From Nitrososphaeraceae archaeon (GTDB lineage Archaea > Thermoproteota > Nitrososphaeria > Nitrososphaerales > Nitrososphaeraceae): 12,822 bases of DNA. Both the position numbers and the translations under genes were made by a program. Shown one piece after another: positions 6,934 through 12,822 of this stretch. Position 1 is the first letter of the stretch, and each line of letters begins with the position of its first letter. The notes under the pieces were generated by a model that saw nothing but the letters and a program-made list of their open reading frames with translations, did no database searches and was not told where the DNA came from. The stretch spans positions 1-12,822 of the forward strand of contig JBIOZG010000010.1 in NCBI GenBank assembly GCA_044870765.1. Direction: 5' to 3'.

Positions 6934-7731
6934 ATGGATGAGTTTAATAAAAAAGCTATTGCAACGTGGTCTTCAGGAGATTACCGTAGTATAGCAACAT
7001 TTATTCCGCCTATATCGGCACATCTAGTACGACTAGTAAATATAAGTCCCGATAAATCTGTCCTTGATGTCGCCTGCGGAAATGGAAATACCGCCATCAC
7101 GGCTCGCAGAATGGGTGCACGAGTCACGGGGCTAGATTTGACACCAGAGCTCTTGGATCAGGCCGTTGAAGATGAAAAGATGGCAGAAATTGACGGTATT
7201 GATTGGAAGCAAGGAGACGCCGAAGACCTTCCTTTTGAAGATGAATCATTTGATATCGTTCTTTCAACTTTTGGACATATGTTCTCACCTCATCCAGAAG
7301 TATCCATTAAGGAAATTCTAAGAGTTACGAAGAAGGGTGGATCTATCGGGTTTGCAACTTGGCCTCCAGAACTTTCTGTGGGAAGCATGTTTCGTACTAT
7401 AGGTAAATATACATCAACTTCAGTTTCCAATCCACTACCTTCTCCAATGGAATGGGGTATCCCCGACGTAATCCGAAATCGACTTAACGGAGTCAACGGA
7501 ATTTATTTTGAGCGAGGTACAGTTAATGTCCCAATATTAAGTCCAAATCATTATTGGAATCACTTCAGTACAAAATATGGTCCATTAATGCAGGCTATTC
7601 GCGTAGTCAAAGAACAAGGTGAAGAAAAAATCGAACTATTGCGAAAAGATTTTCTGAATGCAATCAAGCCTTATATTTATGAAAACGATCTAAGAGTAGG
7701 TTACCTTCTTACAATTGGGGTAAAAGCATAG
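6934..7731 (+). CDS. Class I SAM-dependent methyltransferase (UbiE/Methyltransf_11-like)
   Basis: Motif I VLDVACGNG, VTGLD, GDAEDLPFEDESFDIVLS, EILRVTKKGG. Confidence 0.95.
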   Translation: MDEFNKKAIATWSSGDYRSIATFIPPISAHLVRLVNISPDKSVLDVACGNGNTAITARRMGARVTGLDLTPELLDQAVEDEKMAEIDGIDWKQGDAEDLPFEDESFDIVLSTFGHMFSPHPEVSIKEILRVTKKGGSIGFATWPPELSVGSMFRTIGKYTSTSVSNPLPSPMEWGIPDVIRNRLNGVNGIYFERGTVNVPILSPNHYWNHFSTKYGPLMQAIRVVKEQGEEKIELLRKDFLNAIKPYIYENDLRVGYLLTIGVKA

Positions 7732-7815
7732 TCGACTTCTAACTTGGCTAGTTCTTGATCAATACACTTCTTTACTATTGGCAAATGATGAAAAATCATT
7801 CAAGAAAACCCGAGG

Positions 7816-8077
7816 ACCTGTATCAAACAGTAATATACTGTTGTTATTTTTATATTTGATTTTTTTACCCTATTATTTTTTTCCTTCTTTTCTTCACTGT
7901 GTACTACAATATCTACAAGTGAGGAGAATCCATGTTCTGCAATTGGAAGAGGGGGTAAAAATTTTTCATTCGTCGTTAGCTCGGGTCTATTTGCATGAAT
8001 AGAGTTTGTTAGCAATAGGTCCGTGGAGTTATCCATTAGGATCGTAACAGATACTTATCAATTTCTTAGAGTGTCAT
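7816..8077 (-). pseudogene. Degraded 5' fragment of an MBL-fold metallo-hydrolase
   Basis: GGAG then ATG at 8077: MTL*EIDK, frameshift, VSVTILMDNSTDLLL..PIAEHGFSSLV, frameshift near the T-run at about 7860, SILLFDTG. ILxDN, AEHG.S and LFDTG are the N-terminal motifs of this MBL subfamily. The HxHxDH core is absent. Confidence 0.8.
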
Positions 8078-8191
8078 TTAATTCTCCTATACTTACGAAT
8101 TACTATGTTTTATCTATTCAATAAGCGAGGCAAAGTACAAGAGAAACTGATGTCTTCTACAACGGACATGCAGTTCACGCAATATCTAGCC

Positions 8192-8881
8192 TTATGGTCC
8201 TTTCCAAGTGTTTTCTGAAAAACTACCATATGTTCCTTCATATCGAAAGCTAAGATAGCCGTCATTTGCAACAAGTGCTTTCATAGATGCTTGGTCCATT
8301 CTAGTAGACTCAAAACCTTCAGGGATTTCAATTACTGCTCTATGTGCTTTACCAGTTACAGGATTTCGTATAGGTTCAAGCCATGCTTCAGCAATGACAC
8401 TTTTAAACTGTTCTCCTCTGATTCTTCGTTTTTTATCCTCACTCGTTCCCGACACACTGACACGACTTCTAATATCCTTAGTTTGAAACTTTACACTTGC
8501 TTTCTTGGGTTCTTGGATTTCTTCTATAATGCTTGCATACACAGCGAAAGGTCCTCCTCCTGCCCTACCCGTAATAATGTTTGATAACGCCTCAAACTGT
8601 TTTTCATCTGCCCTATTGTCTATATAATATGACGCTTTTCCATGACCTTCATGCAGTGGGCCCGGCCAGGAAGCTATCAATGCCATATTAAGTCCATCTA
8701 GTTTAACTTTAGTTCCATAACTACCAGTTATTATATGGTATCCGGCAATTCCTTCGCAATTACCATGAGTGGGATTTGCATTAAACTGACAGGGACACCC
8801 CCAGTCACAATTACACGCATCTAGAAAATATGCATGAACTTTCCAACTTAGTTTTTCTTGTTGCTGTGCTTTAGGTTTCAA
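8192..8881 (-). CDS. DUF1326 family protein (putative metal-binding)
   Basis: W...DACNCDWGCPCQF...PTHGNCEG, LDGL, WPGPLHEG, YIDNRADEKQ.EAL..I..G..GG match DUF1326. Confidence 0.88.
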   Translation of the reverse strand: MKPKAQQQEKLSWKVHAYFLDACNCDWGCPCQFNANPTHGNCEGIAGYHIITGSYGTKVKLDGLNMALIASWPGPLHEGHGKASYYIDNRADEKQFEALSNIITGRAGGGPFAVYASIIEEIQEPKKASVKFQTKDIRSRVSVSGTSEDKKRRIRGEQFKSVIAEAWLEPIRNPVTGKAHRAVIEIPEGFESTRMDQASMKALVANDGYLSFRYEGTYGSFSENTWKGP

Positions 8882-9248
8882 TGCTATCGAAATAATAATA
8901 TGACATATTTATGGATATTTGTCTTTCCTGTCCAGTCAGATTAAACATTAGGACAAATTAACTCTTTGCCAGCTTTCAATTGTAGAGGTATTTAGATTAT
9001 GACTATGTTAGGTACCGAAAAATAAAATTTAACTAGTTTAATTCCATACATTGCTAAGATGATGACATGAATTAACAGTTAATTATCTTTATCCATTATC
9101 GTTTTTTGCTGAAAATGATATTATCTTAATTTTATTTGGCAGTATACTGTAGATAACTTTACAAAAGCAATAACAGTCAAAATTGTCAGTAGTGTAAAAC
9201 GTTTTTTTAGCTTTATTATTTTTAAAATCCAATTAAGTATAGGAGATC

Positions 9249-9386
9249 ATGTATAAATTGATATTGCCAAGTAAGAAGTTGTTGTATGGATTTGGTTCAA
9301 GAAGAAAAGAAATGTTGGCCAAAAATTGGAATGCTGAGTCATTAATCCAAAAGCAAGATTTAACGAGTGTTGAAATTGAGGACTAA
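9249..9386 (+). CDS. Possible small protein (45 aa), not in ORF track
   Basis: AGGAG at 9241-9245 directly before ATG. MYKLILPSKKLLYGFGSRRKEMLAKNWNAESLIQKQDLTSVEIED*. The stop abuts atatcaga, a motif also seen in the type A elements. Confidence 0.4.
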   Translation: MYKLILPSKKLLYGFGSRRKEMLAKNWNAESLIQKQDLTSVEIED

Positions 9387-9412
9387 TATCAGACCATGGA
9401 GTTTTATGGGAG

Positions 9413-9456
9413 TTCCGACTGAATATTCAGCCGTATCCCTACGTCCGAACACTTGA
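9413..9456 (+). repeat. Intergenic element type B, copy 1
   Basis: 39/44 identical to 12349-12392. Perfect 12-bp palindrome ctgaatattcag. TCCGA-N17-TCCCTACG spacing as in type C. Confidence 0.9.
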
Positions 9457-9502
9457 TGACTTTTAATATTTTGGCCGAATGAACGTTATAGAAAATCTAA
9501 TT

Positions 9503-9949
9503 TTACTCTGGGATTTCAGGTTCAACTAGTTTTGCTAGATTATTCAATGATTGCTGCCAGCCTACATAGCACGCTTCAAGAGGGATGACAGTGGGCAAAC
9601 CTTCTTGTACAATGGTCATTTCTGTTCCTAGTGAAACCTTCTTCAAGGTTACAGTTACTTGAATTTCTCCCGATAAGTTTGGGTCATCAAAATTATCCGT
9701 ATAACGTAAGCGTTCGTTTTCAACCAGCTCACGGTATTCTCCACCAAATGACATGGTCTTTTGAGTGGTAAAGTTTGTAAAAGACATCTTGTAGGTTCCT
9801 CCTACCTTTGCATCCATGTGTTGAACACTACAAGTATAACCATTGGGTGGTAACCATTTAGCCATGGCATCACGGTCAAGAAAAGCACGATAAATTTTCT
9901 CGGGCTTTGCTGTAAGTACACGATGTAAATGAACAGTGTTAGTAGACAT
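9503..9949 (-). CDS. SRPBCC (AHSA1/CalC-like) ligand-binding domain protein
   Basis: LHRVL.A.PEKIYRAF.D..AMAKWLPP, D.KVGG.YKMSF, FGGEY.ELV..ERLRYT, GW..SL..LA. Confidence 0.93.
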   Translation of the reverse strand: MSTNTVHLHRVLTAKPEKIYRAFLDRDAMAKWLPPNGYTCSVQHMDAKVGGTYKMSFTNFTTQKTMSFGGEYRELVENERLRYTDNFDDPNLSGEIQVTVTLKKVSLGTEMTIVQEGLPTVIPLEACYVGWQQSLNNLAKLVEPEIPE

Positions 9950-10401
9950 AGGCTTCTTACTGCAATATACTATTAAAATATTCTGTGCCTATTGGGTTTT
10001 GATAACTAGACCTAAATCAGATACTGATAATCTCTTGATCTATGGAATATTTCCACTTTTGCATTCCCTTGTTAGGTTTCCCATTTTCCTTAGGACAAGT
10101 CCTTTTCTAGGGACTAATTTCCTCTTAATACTTTACGCCTATCAAGACTCTGAACATGGGATTCACATTGTAAACAAATTAAATCGCTTCGGAAGTTATC
10201 CAACCGTTTTTCATCATTATTTTTCGGTTCTGAAAATTAATTCAAAGGAAACCTTTCCACTGATAGTATTGAATATGACTCTAGCGATATTATAATGATT
10301 AAATCACTGGATTACCCGAATTGTTATAATTGAGAACACTAGCTGATAAATCATAAAATCACATCAGGAGATCTTGTATATCCAGACATGTAAGAATTCA
10401 T

Positions 10402-11205
10402 ATGAAAAAATTTTCTTTGTTATCGTGGAATGTAGAACATTTTAGATTAAGTTCAAAGGATGTGCCAGGGATTATTTCACATATACAAAAATTTGATCCA
10501 GATGTTATGGCCATATATGAAGTAGAAGGAAAAGACGTGTATAGTCACATGGTCACTTCTTTTCCTCAATACACGTTTTCAATTACTGAAGGTCGTCAGA
10601 CTCAAGAAATACTTGTGGGAGTCCGCGGAGGTTTTACAGCTTTCTTTACTCAACTCGTAGAATTCAAGAGTGGTAACACTTTCTTAAGGCCCGGCTTGTT
10701 ACTTAGTCTGCGAATAATTAATGAAGATTATACAATATTATTTTTGCATACAAAGAGTGCCTCTAGGCCAATTGGACTTGGAATAAGAGATGATCAATTC
10801 TATCATGCATTTAATTTAAAGAAAAAATTAGATGAAATTGCAGGAGGATTCAATAAATCAAAATTCATTGTGGTTGGAGATCTTAACACGATGGGAATGG
10901 TCTATCCGTTCGATAAAGGCATTGATTATAAGATTGAACTTCAGAAATTAGAAAAAGATTCACAGAAGGTTGGTATGAGATTTTTGATCAAAAATTATGA
11001 GAAAACTTGGACAGACGGAGCACGATTTAGCAACTTAGATCATGTACTGGCTAGTTCAAATTTAGATTTCACGAAATGGGATTCGGACATTGAAGCAAAA
11101 GTTTCGGGTTGGAAGGAGTTGCATGAAAATAATAATGTAGTTGAATTTACACACTTCTACAAACAAATTTCTGATCACAATTCAGTTTATTTTGAAGTAC
11201 ACTGA
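10402..11205 (+). CDS. Endonuclease/exonuclease/phosphatase (EEP, DNase I-like) family protein
   Basis: All canonical motifs are present: SWNVE, PDV.AIYEV, LHTKS, VVGDLN, LDHVL and terminal SDH. Confidence 0.92.
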   Translation: MKKFSLLSWNVEHFRLSSKDVPGIISHIQKFDPDVMAIYEVEGKDVYSHMVTSFPQYTFSITEGRQTQEILVGVRGGFTAFFTQLVEFKSGNTFLRPGLLLSLRIINEDYTILFLHTKSASRPIGLGIRDDQFYHAFNLKKKLDEIAGGFNKSKFIVVGDLNTMGMVYPFDKGIDYKIELQKLEKDSQKVGMRFLIKNYEKTWTDGARFSNLDHVLASSNLDFTKWDSDIEAKVSGWKELHENNNVVEFTHFYKQISDHNSVYFEVH

Positions 11206-11407
11206 CTCTTCTGTCTAACAATAGAGAACCCGTACTACTATAAAGATTCACAATGTAAACAATGTCAATGAATTAATCCGGTTAGGTAACGACAGAGCCT
11301 GTATAGAGGCTTTCTTTTTAGGAATTAATTCATATAAAAAAGCATGCGACAAGATACGTGAAAGTTAAAAATGAAAGTCTGAATTAAATGAGGTGTCCGA
11401 GAGTTAG

Positions 11408-11433
11408 GGAACCAAATACTAGTATCAGATTCC
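11408..11433. repeat. Imperfect 26-bp palindrome, possible inverted/degenerate member of the element family
   Basis: ggaaccaaatactagtatcagattcc (10 of 13 pairs). The minus strand reads ..ggttcccta.., as in the type C copy at 2839-2847. Confidence 0.4.
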
Positions 11434-11488
11434 GAATTTTTTGATTTATCATTTAATTACTTATTTATATTACTAGATAAGTAGTAAA

Positions 11489-12118
11489 ATGTCTAATAAA
11501 CCCAAAAAACAGTTAGGTGGATACTTAGCATATGCTTTATTATTGACAACAGCGTCCTTGACAGTTTTATTATTACACGAACAGACTGTCTGGGCCGACA
11601 TCATTCATTGCTCAGGAACTTCTATATGTAACGGAACTTCAGATGATGACATAATGTTCGGAGCCGGTTCTGTTACCATAATCCATGGATTAGGAGGTAA
11701 TGATATTATTACAGGTCAGGGACCCGGAGGAGACTACATCTATGGCGATGAAGGTAACGATATTTTATATGGATCAGAATTTAACGATTATCTAAACGGT
11801 GGATTAGGTAATGACCTTTATGACGGATGGTATGGCGATGATACCATCATCGATGAATCGTGGGCCGTAAATCCTTTTGCATCTAACGTGGACGTCGTAT
11901 CAGGTGGCTTCGGAAATGACTACATAACTACTGGTTTCGGAATAGATAAAATTCATGGTGGCCCCGGCGATGATCTTATCACTCCCAATGGATATCTGCG
12001 TGATTTTTCTCGTGATATGGTAGACTGCGGTTCTGGTGCAAACGATCGCGTAGGAATTTGGTCGGGAGATAGTGATAGTGCTATTAATTGTGAACAGCCT
12101 GACAATTGGGATCGCTAA
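11489..12118 (+). CDS. Secreted hemolysin-type (RTX) calcium-binding repeat protein
   Basis: Signal peptide ending VWA. Repeated GxGGND/GDEGND/GGLGND/GGFGND/GGPGDD nonapeptides. Terminal Cys pairs (CSGTSIC; DCG..NCE). Confidence 0.9.
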   Translation: MSNKPKKQLGGYLAYALLLTTASLTVLLLHEQTVWADIIHCSGTSICNGTSDDDIMFGAGSVTIIHGLGGNDIITGQGPGGDYIYGDEGNDILYGSEFNDYLNGGLGNDLYDGWYGDDTIIDESWAVNPFASNVDVVSGGFGNDYITTGFGIDKIHGGPGDDLITPNGYLRDFSRDMVDCGSGANDRVGIWSGDSDSAINCEQPDNWDR

Positions 12119-12142
12119 ATCTGGTAATCTCATACTACTGTT

Positions 12143-12275
12143 GGGTTTGAATCCTGTGCCTTCTATAGGATAGTAGACTGGCAAAACTATCAGCTTCGTA
12201 ATTCTCTCCAAGAAAAACTAGAATTTCTAATTACGACCCGTCTGAAATTCCAGATTTGTCCCTTCCGACCCACGT
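12143..12275 (+). repeat. Composite intergenic element: type D-like plus type A left arm plus hairpin
   Basis: gggtttgaatcctgtgccttctataggatag resembles gggttcgaatcccgatgaactctaaacggttag (3488-3520). Then aaaactatcagcttcgtaattctctc..agaatttctaattacgacccg, followed by hairpin tctgaaattccaga. Confidence 0.6.
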
Positions 12276-12348
12276 AAAAATACAATCCTTTATACATTAG
12301 ATAACGTTTCACTACTTATAGAATTTAAGTTCAATTTGATACGGGCAC

Positions 12349-12392
12349 TTCCGACTGAATATTCAGTTGTATCCCGACGTTCGAAGACTTGA
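12349..12392 (+). repeat. Intergenic element type B, copy 2
   Basis: 39/44 identical to 9413-9456. The right end ccgacgttcgaagacttga matches type A copy 2 (ccgacgtcggaagacttga). Confidence 0.9.
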
Positions 12393-12598
12393 AAACATTA
12401 CTAATATCTATCAACTTCAGTTACTATAACTTGGAAGTAAAAACATCTGACAAATTAAATTCTGTTAGTTGGACCTATGGGAACATTGGGCGACCCTCAT
12501 TATGAAAGAATACCTTCGATAATAACAAAAATAGTAAATACTTTGGGTAAATATATGACAAATTCTACTCTTATATTTTCAGAATCTAGAATGAAAAA

Positions 12599-12822
12599 CT
12601 AGTTTGTTGGTTTATGTGAAGTTATCAGAGATACGCAAGTATCATATGCTTCTTTAAGCAATCGCTTTGTATTCTCTCCCTGCTCTTCAGTTTCAAATAT
12701 ACATGAGACCCATCCTGCCTGAGGAGCATATTGGTGCTGAATAGCCATATGTCTCCGCAAGGCTTCTTCTTGTTGAGGTTTTGATAGCCTGATATCTATG
12801 TGTCGCGGTCCATGAAAATGAG
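12599..12822 (-). CDS. DUF5519 / luciferase-like family protein, 5' end outside window
   Basis: Manual translation ..HFHGPRHIDIRLSKPQQEEALRRHMAIQHQYAPQAGWVSCIFETEEQGENTKRLLKEAY..*. The HFH..DI.L, H..AP..GWV and L...AY pattern fits. Confidence 0.7.
   Translation of the reverse strand, partial: HFHGPRHIDIRLSKPQQEEALRRHMAIQHQYAPQAGWVSCIFETEEQGENTKRLLKEAYDTCVSLITSHKPTN

Noticed and set aside
8083-9246. 13-bp inverted repeat taagtataggaga as terminal repeats of an element
   Set aside because: A 13-mer match is expected by chance in an AT-rich 12.8 kb window. Both copies are explained as RBS regions and there is no target duplication or transposase.
9936-10295. 119-aa plus-strand ORF, and a minus-strand stop-riddled frame containing ICLQCE
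   Set aside because: The plus ORF has atypical composition and overlaps the SRPBCC start. The minus frame may be a decayed gene but no family can be assigned.
11213-11287. Canonical attC candidate: GTCTAAC just after the EEP stop and GTTAGGT closing a 75-nt span
   Set aside because: The R boxes fit RYYYAAC/GTTRRRY, but the positions expected for the L boxes (agaacccg versus atgaatt) are not complementary and there is no extended stem.
490-12211. Antisense or overlapping ORF-track entries (490-699, 1606-1824, 1695-1883, 1799-2011, 2896-3360, 3664-3966, 3754-4038, 3761-3970, 4180-4386, 5141-5416, 5499-5696, 5689-5895, 6326-6526, 7290-7496, 7778-8002, 8291-8584, 11900-12211)
   Set aside because: They shadow better-supported genes or repeats and have no recognisable motifs.

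Overview
AT-rich accessory region, most likely from a soil ammonia-oxidising archaeon (Nitrososphaeraceae). That assignment is inferred from gene content (DUF1059, tiny Cys/His-rich proteins, an RTX-type Ca-binding protein) and TATA-like promoters, not from a marker gene. The window holds about 20 short, functionally unrelated genes in mixed orientation: nitroreductase, PNPOx/FDOR-like protein, GT-A glycosyltransferase-like protein, SAM methyltransferase, DUF1326, SRPBCC, EEP nuclease/phosphatase, DUF4337-like and DUF5519-like proteins, several micro zinc-binding proteins missed by the ORF track, and at least two pseudogenes. The main unexplained structure is a family of about 13 degenerate, modular 20-130 bp intergenic elements. 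They are nearly all co-oriented, and they occupy most of the non-overlapping gene boundaries. Fixed spacing and a central hairpin are conserved while the internal sequence varies. This resembles a gene-cassette array delimited by recombination or transposition sites (integron-like or HUH/IS605-like). No recombinase or transposase is in the window, so the mechanism is a hypothesis.
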